DNA from: Sphaerodactylus townsendi
Lineage: Eukaryota
Direction of reading: 5' to 3'
DNA: 64,000 bases
NCBI RefSeq assembly: GCF_021028975.2
Contig: NC_059426.1
Span: 142,166,001-142,230,000, forward strand
Below are positions 25,700-38,005 of this stretch, piece after piece. The position numbers and the translations under genes are program-made. Below the pieces are notes generated by a model. It was given only the letters and a program-made list of their open reading frames with translations, was not told where the DNA came from and made no database searches. The first letter of the stretch is position 1. Every line of letters starts with the position of its first letter.

Positions 25700-28191
25700 C
25701 TGCAAATTAAAATTTAAGCACAAGCCTCAGAAATGGAAGATCAGCCCCAAATGTTCCCCTTCCTCTAGGTGTTTAAAATCCCAAGTCATGGTTACTACAG
25801 TTTCTCAAAAACAAAACGTGATAAAGTAAAGGATCTCCCACATTATCGGCTGAACTGTTTGTCCACAAGGAAGTGAGAGATAAATACCCTGAGTATCTTT
25901 TACAGAGAACAGGTTCTTGCCGATTTGAATACTGGCTTGGATCCTAATGAATGAGTTCTATTTGTGCAGGATAGTCTCTGCAGTGAAGCATGATTCCTCT
26001 TCGGTTAAAACTCCTGTTTGTGCAAGGGTCCGTTGAAAACCAGTGATCGTGCACAATCAGAAGTTTTAGCAGAAGAGGAAGCATATCCATGACAGAGACT
26101 ATTTAGGGTGCACTCGTTCACAGCTCAATTCCTTTTTCCATCAAAAGGTGATATCTGCTTTGAACTAATGTAGTAGATCCTTTAAATAACAAATTAATAT
26201 GCGCTTATCATTTTAATTGCAATTTTGTTTTGATATAGGCTGATTATACACTGGTGTTCTGCCCCGCACTGAAGGGAGATTCTTTTCGGGGCACAATGTC
26301 TGTTACGGACACCTTTTCCATCCTCTCACACTCACAGCACGGCAGATCCCATAATCTCCACTGTTTGTGAGAGCAGGCAAAGAGCAACCTTTCCCCCGGC
26401 TTTGCAGGGAAGATAAAAGAAACAGTCCTGCATTATTCTTTGCTTTGGGCTTTTTGGCTCCACCCCACCTCCCTTGCTCTACTTCTGCCCTCCCTAATGA
26501 TCAGGAGGGCTTTGTAAAACTTTATTTCAACTTCAAGCATTTGTACCATTTTAGATGTATCAAAATAATGGCAGATCTAATTCAGGAATATTGAAATACC
26601 AAGGAATATCAAAATAACAAGCCTCTCTCTCTTCCCATGGGAGCACCAGCAGCAGGATGTGTGTGTGAGGGGGAGGGAGAGAATATCATTTCTAGGATAT
26701 GGTCCCCTTCTTGAGCAGAATTGCTTTGCCTCTTTCATTGGGGGGGGGGTATTTTTTGAAAGGAGCTACAATATCAATATAAAAGTAATTTAAAGGGCTT
26801 TAACAAAGCCAGCAATCTTGAGACTACTGACCATTGGGTGTGATGAGGTATGTGCCTTTAAGAGTGAGCAGATGGGTGGAGTTAAGAGAACCAGGAAAAG
26901 CAGAGGCCCAGGAGAGTTAAGAAGACAAGCTGTGCACCATGCAGTGGGGTGCCTCCTCATATGTAAATAGAGAAATGCGAGGAGACCCCACTACAACTCC
27001 ACTGCACAGGGAAGAGCTCTGAGGTAAGTGTTCCATGCATCATAGGTCATAGTCTAATCAAATTTAGAGTAAGAAACAAACAAAATTAATTGATTTGGAG
27101 CAGATGTGCAGTTTTACTGAAAATTTAAGAATACAAGGATCTTACTGGTAAACCTGAAACTTGGCTGAGAAATATTGCTCAGGGTCTCCACAATTACTTT
27201 ATGAGGAAGAGAATGATTACATATATTCATATGTGCCATCAAGTTGCAACTGATTTATGGCAACCCCAGCAAAAGGCTTTCAAGGCAAGTGAGAAGCAGA
27301 AGTGGTTAGCCGTTACCTTCCTCTGCACAGTCTTCCTTGGTGGTCCCCCATCCAAGGACCAACACTACATAGCTTCCAGGATCTGACAAGGCTGGGCTAT
27401 ACCCTCCCAGTAAGAAAGTTATCAAATATCAATTACCACATATTCCCAAAGTATAATGAAGGATCCTCCCTTTTTTTGCTTGCAGAAAATTAAAAAACAT
27501 ACATCTCTATGCAAACTTTTTTTTGGCAAATATCTGAATAACAGGATTCAACATTTTACCTAAGCTGTTCACTACACTAGGGAATTTCACATGAAGGTTT
27601 TCCCATGGGTTGAGGGCTGAACAAAAGGGTTTTTCCCTCCATGCTTCTTTAGAACATTATTTTCCATTTGTTGCCCCTTCTCTGGTTTCCTTTTTGTTTT
27701 TCCATATATTGTCTAACCATTTTTGAACCAATTGGAGAAACACAGAGGAGCGACAAAGAAACTACAGAAGGGTAGCAAATGGAAAATCATATTGTGAAGT
27801 AACTCAGAAAAAGCACTGCATTTCGGCACACAAACCACAGAAAAACCTAGGAGCTCTTATTTAAGGCCTTTTCTCTAGGGCTCTGCTATATATTCCTGAG
27901 CCTCATTCTTTTCGTACTATCTTCAGCAGAAAGAATGAACAATTAATTCCCCTCTTTTTTCCTGACATCTTCTTAAACTTTAGAAAGGCGGCAACATGCC
28001 TCCTCACCCCAACCTTCTGCTCAGTAGGCTAAATACAAGTTATTGTCCAGCAATTGACTCCCTTAGCTTTGTCTTTCTCTTTCACCCTGCAACTGGTGAA
28101 CTGCATAATTTTTCCAGCACAGAAGGGGGAAAGCTCCAGTGTTGGCTCTGAAAATACAGCCAATATATTTGACACTGTGGCTAGTACTAAC

Positions 28192-28300
28192 CATAAGAGT
28201 CTTCTCTGCTCCTCTGTTACCTCAATTTCCAGTGGTGGACACACAGTGGAGACCAACAACTTCTTCTTACCTGATGCTTCAGACTGATTCTCATAGGAAT
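28192..28300 (-). CDS. MLH3: MLH3 coding exon 7 (SYENQSEASGKKKLLVSTVCPPLEIEVTEEQRRLL)
   Basis: 109 bp, ctcag acceptor / gttag donor, frame continuous. Confidence 0.94.
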
Positions 28301-28574
28301 CTGAGGGCAGAACAAATTCATTGTTTTTTAAACTGGCATACAGGAACCATCCTTGCTGTCTGTCCCCCACATTCCTCAAGTTGGGAACAAAGCACATGTA
28401 TTGCAATAAGAAATGGCCACACTCTCTAAAAATTGACAGGATGCCTGTACTAGTAAGAAACAGAAATTTTCTCTGTGCTAGTCTCAGTCTTCAGCAACAG
28501 GCTTCTTAACACACTCAGATTCCCAGCCAGTATCAGTTTCAGTCACCCTAATAAGCAACATTTATTACAACACT

Positions 28575-28877
28575 GAGAGCCAGCGTGGTGTAGTGGTTAA
28601 GAGCAGGTGCACTCTAATCTGGAGAACCGGGTTTGATTCCCTGCTCTGCCACTTAAGCTGTAGAGGCTTATCTGGTGAACTAGATTAGCTTGTGCACTCC
28701 AACACATGCCAACTGGGTAACCTTGGGGTAGTCACAGTTCTTTGGAGCTCTCTCAGCCCCACCCACCTCACAGGGTGTTTGTTGTGAGGGGGAAGGGAAA
28801 GGAGTTTGTAAATTCCTTTGAGTTTCCTTACAGAAGAAAAAGAGGGGAATATAAATCCAACTCTTCTTCTCTTCTTC
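28575..28877 (+). mobile_element. tRNA-derived SINE (same family)
   Basis: Closely similar to 1456-1750. Confidence 0.85.
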
Positions 28878-29437
28878 AACAAATTACTATATATTGTGAT
28901 GACCGTCTCACAATGTAGCAGAGCAAACTGTTAGAAGTGTGTGATTCTATTACTAAACCCTGCTACAAACATTTCCCTCAGTCCCAGAGGGCATTTCACA
29001 TTCTTTAGCAGCTTTTGCTGCCAAGTCACAACCAGAGAAGTTTCTCTTGGACTCTCCTCTGTAGAAAATTCACAGCTCTTGTTGACAAAGAGGTCAGTGA
29101 ACTGTTAATTGCACAATGTACTTCTGCTAGGTTTTATGAAGTTTTGGCCAGAATCTCCTGAGGCTGGAAACAGTTGCATCCCTTGTAGGCAGTTTAAGCA
29201 ATCTGCATTCTGCTAAAAATATGATGTGTAAAAAGAGAACAAAAGAAACCAGCAGACGCTTTGCAATCACTGGGAGAAGGGGACGTTGGTCATCCCTAAG
29301 CAAGTACCAAATCAAATTAATACAATATTCCTGCTCTCTGCAATTAATTACATGGTTAGCACAACTGATCAGATACAGTTTGTACTTCCTCCACATTATT
29401 TTGTCAGTAATGAAACCCTCACCCACTGAATCTGTAC

Positions 29438-29509
29438 CTGTGATAAGTTGCTCAAGGCGGATACGTTCATGGGCAGCATGTTGATCCACCAGCACAAGAA
29501 GGTTCCCAT
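29438..29509 (-). CDS. MLH3: MLH3 coding exon 6 with the endonuclease motif DQHAAHERIRLE
   Basis: 72 bp; DQHA(X)2E(X)4E metal-binding motif of MutL endonucleases. Confidence 0.97.
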
Positions 29510-29679
29510 CTGGAAATGTAAAAAATAAGATCATTATTTTTATTTCTACAATTCTTTTCAGTATAAATGTGTTACAGTTTTCATTTTATTTTATTCCCAC
29601 CTTGTGAGGTTAGGCTAGGCTAGACTGAGAGAGTTTCCCAAACCCATCCACCAGCCACAACTATAATGTGCAAAGGCAT

Positions 29680-29900
29680 CCCCTTGCTATACCTTTTTCA
29701 ACATAAAGATGGACATTTGAGAATTCATCCACCATTTCCTGGCCCATTTTTGTTCTAGAATGCTCCATTTGGGTTCTAGTACCTTGGGGACAGAACTAGG
29801 TACCCAAACAAGGCATTTTAGAACAAAGATGGTTCAGGAAATGGCGAATGAATTCTCAAATCTCCTGTCATCTTTATGTTGAAAAACGTACGGCAAGGGA
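29680..29900. repeat. Old ~220-bp fold-back (MITE-like) inverted repeat
   Basis: TTTTTCAACATAAAGAT...GAGAATTCAT pairs with ATGAATTCTC...ATCTTTATGTTGAAAAA. Confidence 0.7.
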
Positions 29901-30210
29901 AAAATGCATGTATTTTGATACTTTAATATACTTGAGATCTTAAACCTGTGCATACCAAGGTCCGGATTCAGATCAACACTCAGAAAAACGATGGGGAAAA
30001 GACTATTAAGACAATTCAGCAGAAAGGGTTTTTATTTATAAACAGCAAAAGAACCAAATTAATCTATGTAAATAGAAAAATGGAAATGAAAATTACAGAA
30101 AGGAAAGAGCAATGGCAGTAAATGACAGACAATAACCTTTCTCTAGAACAACTGCCTACCTATTGGGGAATAAAACTTAAAGGGGGAAAACAAGAAATAT
30201 GAGCCTGCTC

Positions 30211-30565
30211 CAGAAGCGTATCAAGAGGAAATGGCACCTGGGAGCAACACCTCCTCTGAGTGCCCCCTGTGCCCCCCCCCACCACTCAGGGGCGGGGGCG
30301 AGGCTCACACCGAGCCCCTCCCACCCCTCTGCAGGCTGACTCCTGCCATCCCCAGGGCCTGGGGAGGACAAAAGCCAGCCTGCACAGAGGCTGGAGGGCA
30401 AGGCTCGGGGGTGGTGGGTAGCCCAGGCAGGTGCCGCAGTCATCCACCACCAAGTTTCCTGCAGGGGGGTGAGGCGTGGTGGCATGTGGCTGGGCCGCAT
30501 GCCATTTTGTCACGTGACCGAAAGGCATGCACCCAGGGACATGGGTGATCCTATGTACGCCTCTG
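30211..30565. mobile_element. GC-rich hAT non-autonomous element
   Basis: TIRs CAGAAGCGTA / TACGCCTCTG; perfect 8-bp TSD GCCTGCTC (30203-10, 30566-73). Confidence 0.85.
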
Positions 30566-31705
30566 GCCTGCTCTTGGATAGAAAGCTGGGCATGGGGGCT
30601 GTTCTCAACTGTGATAAACCAACATAGGGTGATGATGAAACTGACTGGATTAGTTAGTTAGAATCACATTATCAGGGAGGAAGCTCTGAGGTCCTCGGGG
30701 GAAATGGCCCTCAGCTGACTCCCTCTTAGAGTGTGTATTTGCACGATACACAGAGGAGCTGCCTTTCATTCCTTTCCTGGCATGACTCATTGTTTTTTTT
30801 ATATAAGTTTAATTCAGGCTTGTCTATAAATCATAGGTCCACACTGAGGTGTACACATGTACAAAATGGGAGAATAAGTCATGGTAAAAATGGGGATCCC
30901 TGGGGATGAAAGATTTCCTAGTCCAGCATTCTATCCACAACACTACATAGGCTCTCTTCATATGAGGCAGACTGTCCTCATCTCAATCAACACATTAGGC
31001 AACATTTCACTTATTGATATGGCAAAATGACTCATAATTTGAATATGCGTGTAAATTTAAGCTAATTTGCATGAACTTGTTCTAGTTATCCTGCTCTGAA
31101 CTGACACCATCAGTGCATTTGCTGAATGGCATTGCTTATTTTTTAATAACATTTTTAGAGTTTTGAAAGCAATATATTTTGCAATTTGTACAGCATAGTT
31201 GACATTGTTGGAATGTTAGTTAAGTGCTCTTCCTTTTTTTCTTTTCTTTTTTTGGTGCCAATCTACTCACATAGTAGTGTCAGGGAAAGCCTTGCTTACA
31301 TGTCTGTCATCAGCTTCAGTCTGAACTTAGTCAGTTGTATGCAAGTGCTGTCTAGCACAGGATTTGGCTTTTGGCTCACCCCTTCCTACAAATACTGTTT
31401 TGTTAAAATATTTGCAGAGAAAGATCACACATTTCAATTCAGATCTTGTGCATGTCAGTACATCTGTAAGAACTGGCATGAACTAATGTGGCAGGGAAAC
31501 AACAGGAATATTTATTTATTTATTTGTTTGTTTATTATATAAACTCCAGCATATATTATATTATATTAATTATATTGTATTATACTGTATTATATTGTAT
31601 TATATTGTATTATATTAAGGAAGGTGGACTACTCGACCTATTTAATATACATTTTCTGTTCCCATTCCTTGGCCAGTAAAAAATCAGAGGGGATAAAAGT
31701 CTTAC

Positions 31706-31778
31706 CCGTCTCTTTGTTTTCATCTGGCCTAGTGTTGATTAAACAAGCAATAAATTTGTTGTCCACTTGATTGAGGAT
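31706..31778 (-). CDS. MLH3: MLH3 coding exon 5 (ILNQVDNKFIACLINTRPDENKET)
   Basis: 73 bp; QVDNKFI motif; ttacag acceptor / gtaag donor. Confidence 0.96.
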
Positions 31779-31830
31779 CTGTAACACATTAAAATGATAA
31801 TTGTTTGTCAAAAATTCCAAACAGTAACTA

Positions 31831-32083
31831 CCCTGTTTCCCCGAAAATAAGACATCCCTGGAGAATAAGACGTAGTAGAGGTTTTGCTGAAGTGCTAAAT
31901 ATAAACCATCCCCCGAAAGTAAGACGTAGCAAAGTTTTTGTTTGGAAGCATGCCCGTCGAACAGAACACCAGAGCATGCAGCTGTGGAGCGGAAAAATAA
32001 GACATCCCCTGAAAATAAGACATAGCGCATCGTTGGGAGCAAACATTAATATAAGACACTGTCTTATTTTCGGGGAAATACAG
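31831..32083. mobile_element. 253-bp Tc1/mariner (Tc2-like) MITE
   Basis: TIRs CCCTGTTTCCCCGAAAATAAGAC / GTCTTATTTTCGGGGAAATACAG; TA flanks; subterminal AAATAAGAC repeats. Confidence 0.9.
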
Positions 32084-32597
32084 TATGTAATCGTTCAGCA
32101 AGAAGACTTTAGAGTTGTCTAAATGTCTAACCATTCATTGTGGAAAGTTAGCTGTGCTAACCTGTTGCAGCCAAAATAGCAAAGCGTTTTGTGGCACCTT
32201 AAGTACAAATATTATGGTATAAACTATCAGGAGCAAGAACCCACTTTATCAGATACATGAAGAGTTACACTTGGTTGGAAGAAATATATACAGGGGTACA
32301 AACAGAAGAAGGTGAGGGGGCAAAGGAAAGAGTTATTAAATAGCAAAGCCAGAAGACTCAACAACAAGCATGTTGCCTCATTTTGCAGAACAAAGAACAA
32401 GAACCAGACAAAAGTATAAACAGTCCAGTCCAGTTTTGACAGAGTAAGTCGCAGAATGGCTGGCACATGACAGCATTTGTTATGGAGAATGTGCAGGTGA
32501 ATGAGAAGACCTGGGATTGTACCAATCTACATCTCAACAACAATGAAGACAATGTTCTTTGTCTAGTGACAGCTGCAGTTCTCCCATTTAGGCTTAC

Positions 32598-32702
32598 CTG
32601 CACTGACTCAATCATGTTCTTGGTGAACCGGTAAGGATATAGGATATTATGAATTTTCACAGCAAGGTTGTCAGCCTGTTCGCTACTCACATTAAGAGCA
32701 AC
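32598..32702 (-). CDS. MLH3: MLH3 coding exon 4 ([35 protein letters not shown])
   Basis: 105 bp, ttgcag acceptor / gtaag donor. Confidence 0.96.
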
Positions 32703-32754
32703 CTGCAAAACAAAGAATATCAAATAACATCTTAGGATTCCCAAAAGAAATCAC

Positions 32755-32830
32755 CCCCCCACCCACCCACACACACACACACCCACACACACCCACCCCC
32801 ACACACACACCCACACACACACACACACAC
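32755..32830. repeat. Imperfect (CA)n microsatellite
   Basis: Read directly. Confidence 0.9.
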
Positions 32831-33477
32831 AGGAGGAAGAATCAAGTCTTCCCATTGGTGGAAGACCATGATAGAAGGAGACAGATTAATCTGCCTAGAG
32901 AGGGAATTCAATAATCTTGGTGCCATGATCCTTTCTTGGGTGGTCATCTGTTTAGCCTCAGATGGTAAGAGTACCTAAAGCAGGTCTTCCAAAGGTAATC
33001 ATAGTGATTGGGCAGTTTGATATGGGAGTATGCAGCCCATATGGTATCAAGCTTTAAAGGTCAGCACCATCATCTTGAATTGGGACTGGCAGCAAATTGA
33101 GATCTACTGTGGGTGGAACAAGACTGGAGTGATATGGTTCCTTCAACCCACTCCAGCCAGAATCTGGCCACAGCATTCTGCACTAATTGTAGCTTCTGGT
33201 CACTCTTCAAGGCCAGTCCCACAGAGAGCCCACTGCAGTAGTCTTAACCTAAGTTACTAGGGCATGCATCACAACAGGATCTTGTACTGTTGTACTGTTA
33301 CTCGACATCATCACTTAATGAGGCCATGCATGTTAAAGGTAACTCACCTATTCAAGAGTGAAGTTCCTTGTATACTGAGACTTTGTTTCAAAGTTTGAAA
33401 AAAGGCAATGCAGTCAAAGAAAAAAAATGCATGTGTGCCTCAGCACAAATTTTGTACATTTACAAATACATCTCTGT

Positions 33478-33547
33478 TAAAGTGATTTGGAAATAGATTC
33501 CATAAAGTGATTTGGAAATAGATTCCATAATGGAAATAGATTCCATT
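33478..33547. repeat. Short tandem repeat (AAAGTGATTTGGAAATAGATTCCAT, about 2.7 copies); other micro-duplications at 1842-1885 and 16872-16912
   Basis: Read directly. Confidence 0.8.
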
Positions 33548-33854
33548 AGATTCAGCTGCAAGCACTGAAAATACAAGCACTGCAAATAACAATAATATTT
33601 CTCATGAGGAAAAGAAACATAATTTAGAATTACAGTATGTACAGACATTAGTTACTTGGATTCCTGTAGAGAAAGGAAATTTTTCATCAACGCAAGAGGC
33701 TTTTTGACAGCAGAGGAGGATCTAATGTTGGTTGAATGTTTTGTAAACCAGAAGAACACACAAGTGTCTGCAGTATGGACTCACAGAACCCACATGTAAG
33801 GGTTCAGTTAGCTTTACAGCAGCAACCACATTGCCATGTAACATCACAGGTAGC

Positions 33855-33988
33855 AAGTTGGGATTCAAATAATTTAGCAACCGGTTCCGGTGCAGGGATT
33901 TAAATAATTTAACAACTATTTGTTTACAAGCATTATTTTAACAACCGGTTCTGCTGAAGTGGTGCGAACCTGCTGAATCCCACCACTG
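33855..33988. mobile_element. hAT MITE (CAGTGGTGGGATTC-type ends; left end degraded)
   Basis: Right end GAATCCCACCACTG; internal AACCGGTT repeats; related to 63614-63805. Confidence 0.65.
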
Positions 33989-34108
33989 GAAGCAACATAA
34001 TACACTGCTATGTTTAATAGCACCAACTACCAAAATGCAGTGATCATACAAAAAAAAACTCATCGACCAGGAAAAAAATCTATGGGCCAATATAGAATAA
34101 CTGTTTAT

Positions 34109-35603
34109 CATGGACGTAGGTAAGGGGGTGGGGGGGTTCCCTCGGGTTTGAAAAAAAACCCCATTCATGTCCGAAGCTCCGCCCACCCGTTTGTGGGTTT
34201 TTAAAACATTTTAGTGATTTTACGGTTTTTGGCCTGCAGGGGGCGCATTGTTTGTGCTAGCAGCACCAAACTTTCAGGGATTGTTTGGGGGACTCATCTG
34301 ATACTAAATCCCAGATTTGGTGAGGTTTGGTTCAGGGGGTCCAAAGTTATGGACTCCCAAAGGGGGTGCCTAATAGGAGCTAATAGAAGATGGGGGCTAC
34401 ACCTTTGAGGGTCCATAACTTTGGACCCCCTGAACCAAACTTCACCAAACCTGGGATGTATTATCAGAAGAGTCTCTTATTGATCCCACCCAAGTTTTGT
34501 GACGTTTCGTCCAGGGGGTCCAAAGCTATGGACTCCCAAAGGGAGTGCCCCATCCTCCATTGTTTTCAATGGAAGCTAATAGAAGATGAAGGCTACATCT
34601 TTGAGGGTCCATAACTTTGGACATCCTGAACCAAACTTTACCAAACCTGGGATGTACTATCAGGAGAGTCTCTTATTGATACCACCCAGGTTTTGTGAAG
34701 TTTGGCCCAGGGAGCCCAAAGCTATGGACTCACAAAGGGGGTGCCCCCATTCCCCATTGTTTCCAATGGGAGATAATAGGAAATGGGGCTACACCTTTGA
34801 GGGTCCATAACTTTGGACCCCCTGGACCAAACTTCACAAAACCTGGGTGGCATCATTAGGAGAGACTCCTAAAGATACCCTGAAAGTTTGGTGCTTCTAG
34901 CTTAACCATTGCACCCCTGACAGCAGGCACCACCCAAATTTCCCCAGATTCTCCTTTTAAATCCACCTCCTTCTGCATGGATTTAAAGGGAGAATCTGAG
35001 GTCCTCAGTTTAGAAGAAGAAGAAGAGTTTGGATTTATATCCCCCCTTTCTCTCCTGTAGGAGACTCAAAGGGGCTTACAATCTCCTTTCTCTTGCTCTC
35101 TCACAACAAACACCCTGTGAGGTGGGTGGGACTGAGAGAGCTCCGAAAAGCTGTGACTAGCCCAAGGTCACCCAGCTGGCGTGTGTGGGAATGCACAGGC
35201 TAATCTGAATTCCCCAGATAAGCCTCCACAGCTCAAGTGGCAGAGCAGGGAATCAAACCTGGTTCCTCCAGATTAGAATGCACCTGCTCTTAACCACTAC
35301 GCCACATTGCAAGTGATGCTGTTTGGGGGTGGATTCCAGCATCACAGTGACTGCCCGGGTGGTGTGTGTGTGCAAAACTCAGATTTTGCACCAGGCTCCA
35401 TTTTCCCTCTATGCCTCTGCCCAGAGGGGAGGGGCAGGGGAGGGCAGGGCAGGGGAGTCTGCAATCCCCGACCTCAAAGAGCTGCTTTTATAAGCGCTAG
35501 GCCAGGGGTGGGGCTTGGGAAGGCGTGGCCATGCACTAGGGGCGGGTGGGGGTGTGGCCCCACCCCTGAACCCCCCCATAAAAAATCTATACCTACGTCC
35601 CTG
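34109..35603. mobile_element. 1.5-kb hAT non-autonomous element with internal ~196-bp tandem repeats and a nested SINE
   Basis: TIRs CATGGACGTAGGTA / TACCTACGTCCCTG; 8-bp TSD CTGTTTAT (34101-08, 35604-11). Confidence 0.87.
35012..35305 (-). mobile_element. tRNA-derived SINE nested in the hAT element
   Basis: Reverse complement of the same family; (GAA)n tail. Confidence 0.85.
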
Positions 35604-35703
35604 CTGTTTATATAATAATAGCAATTTTTCCATCAAAAAAATCACAACAGAATACAACCATGGAATAATTCCCCCAAAATCATTGCTAATGAATAGCACC
35701 CAC

Positions 35704-35774
35704 CTCTGGGCAGCGAGCAAACACAGGATTGTCCCACTCTGAAAATACAGACTGGAGAGATTCTCCTTGTGCAT
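35704..35774 (-). CDS. MLH3: MLH3 coding exon 3 (DAQGESLQSVFSEWDNPVFARCPE)
   Basis: 71 bp; SEWDNPVFAR motif; ttctag acceptor / gtggg donor. Confidence 0.93.
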
Positions 35775-37906
35775 CTAGAACAGAACACAAATGCAATCTT
35801 GAACTTTCAAGGTTGCTTCATATTTCATATGTTTCTCCAGTATAAATGAAAACTGAATATCCTATCAGGTTTCAAGAACATCAACAAAGTTCTTTCATTG
35901 CAAATACACAAACTAGGCAGTTATTGCACTTCAGAGAAGGAAAAAATAAGTGTTGGATTAGATTTCCCATCATCTCCCAAGCTGATACTTAAGTAACTCA
36001 GAAGATCACTAGTAATATAGCTAACAAATAAAACTTATCAGGTGCAAAATCTGGTATTTATATCTGCAAGATGGAATTCCCTTTCACAGGCCTTGGGAGT
36101 ATGCTGATCCTAGCATACTCAAGTCTGACCCCCTCACCCACTCTAAAGCAATTACTCCCCAGCAACAATGGATCACCCAGTGGAAATACAAATTCAGGGA
36201 CTAGTTCCTGCAAAAACTCTGTGTTCATATTCACTGAAGTAACATACTAGTAAACAGTTTTTTCCAGCTTTTTTCAGATATCCAAAAAATTTGGCTCCAT
36301 TAAAGTCTATGAGGAATTGGGGGGGGGGGGGAGCTCTCAGCGGCTGTTTTTCAAGGTAGAGGCACCAAATTTGCAGCATAGATGCAGGTGACTCTTTTTA
36401 GAAGAACCCTTAACTTTGGTCAAGTTTGGGTCAGGGGGGATCCATTTTATGGGCCTCTGAAGGGGGTGCCCCATCTACCCAATTGAGATTTTAATTGTTT
36501 CCAATGAAAGACTGCAGGACTGCAGCAGCCTAACAAAAATACAATACAAAATGCATTGCAGCCATTGGGCAAATAGGAAAGCTGCAGCAAGCTCTTGTAT
36601 TTGGCCCTCCAAGACTCTCCCCCTCCTTCCTGGAAACCAACCAAATGGCAAGAAAGGGGCAACAGAAGATTGCTCCTTCCAGAGCAATCCAGACCTTTGC
36701 CAGCACAGAAGAACACTATTAGAAGCCCAACAGAGACCACCAAGGTAAGTTTAAAGGAGGGTAAAAATTTAAAGCCAAACTGCAAGCCTCACAAATGGGC
36801 TGTAATTTTTTATTAATAATTTTTTTTAAAAAATTCCCATACCCATGCCCTTACATGGCCTGTGAAAAAGCTGAAAAGTTGGCATATCTGAATGCACATC
36901 CCTAATGTCTATGCAAGATAGACAAACTGACAAATCGGATACTTTAAAAAGCAGTGGGGGACCATTTGAGTCTCTCTGGAGATTCAATAATAGATAAAAA
37001 TAGAAAAGAGACTACTGAAATGTGGCCAAGCTGGAATTCATAAGCAAATCTGATACTATCAGAGTTGGATTCAACTTGGGATGGTTGACTCATTAGAAAT
37101 AATAGTTGTTCTTCTTTACAGGTTATATGTATATTATTCAGAGTTATTCTACTTATCATATAGTTTATCAAGAGGTAAGAGAGGACTACTACGGGCATTT
37201 TGAATAAATAATTTGCATTATCCATGGGTCTCATTTTTATCTGAGCTCTGCAATGCAACACACCATACTTTTTCTTGGGCCACTGGGGCCTTCTGGGCTT
37301 TCTTCATAATAACTCTCCTTGTCAACTGAATGTGACACTTCATGCATCTAATGAAGTGGGCTCTAGCTCACAAAATCTTTGTCAAATTTGCCGTAAAAGG
37401 AGTCTCTATTATTTTACCCACTGAAAGGCAACATCACTACCCATTTGGAATCGTGAAACTTTGGAAAGGATTGTTAAAATGGCATCTGGTTCCTTCTCCA
37501 GCCTGCATCATGCCCTAAGAGAACACCAAGTTAGCAGCTCATTTTGTTCCCACTGGAAAAAGATGCATACCTGAACAATGACTCAACATTGCTTGGATTT
37601 TTAAAAATTACATCTGATGTCATTTCCAACTCAGAATGAAAGCATACTCAAAAGAGGAGATTAAGCAATTTCTCCTCAAGCCACAGATAGAGACTGGCAT
37701 GGAACTGGGCATCCCACACTATCCATGTTCACTCAATAATTGACTTTGACCTAATAGAGTTATTTCCAATTTCACACATTGAGTTATACAAGTCCCATTG
37801 TTAACAGAGTTTGAGTAATTCCAAGTTCCTGTTGGAACAGCTGGCAGACTTCTTTGATTTGTTTTTATTTCACATAGCACTCTATGTCCTGGTAAACTGG
37901 CCCTAC

Positions 37907-38005
37907 CTCTGAAATCTTGGCTTGCCAAATGCCTCTCTTTGTGCCGTCTTGGAAGGAAGGGAACAATAAACTCACTTCTAAAAGGATGACATCTGCTCTG
38001 GAACC
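37907..38005 (-). CDS. MLH3: MLH3 coding exon 2 (FQSRCHPFRSEFIVPFLPRRHKER...)
   Basis: 99 bp, phase 1-1, tttag acceptor / gtagg donor. Confidence 0.93.

Noticed and set aside
34380-34860. Regularly spaced repeats as a CRISPR array
   Set aside because: Eukaryotic DNA; whole units repeat with no unique spacers; no cas genes; inside a hAT element.
36194-36260. FSEYEHRVFA as the MLH3 'FSEWDNPVFA' exon
   Set aside because: Chance resemblance; the true exon with proper splice sites is 35704-35774.
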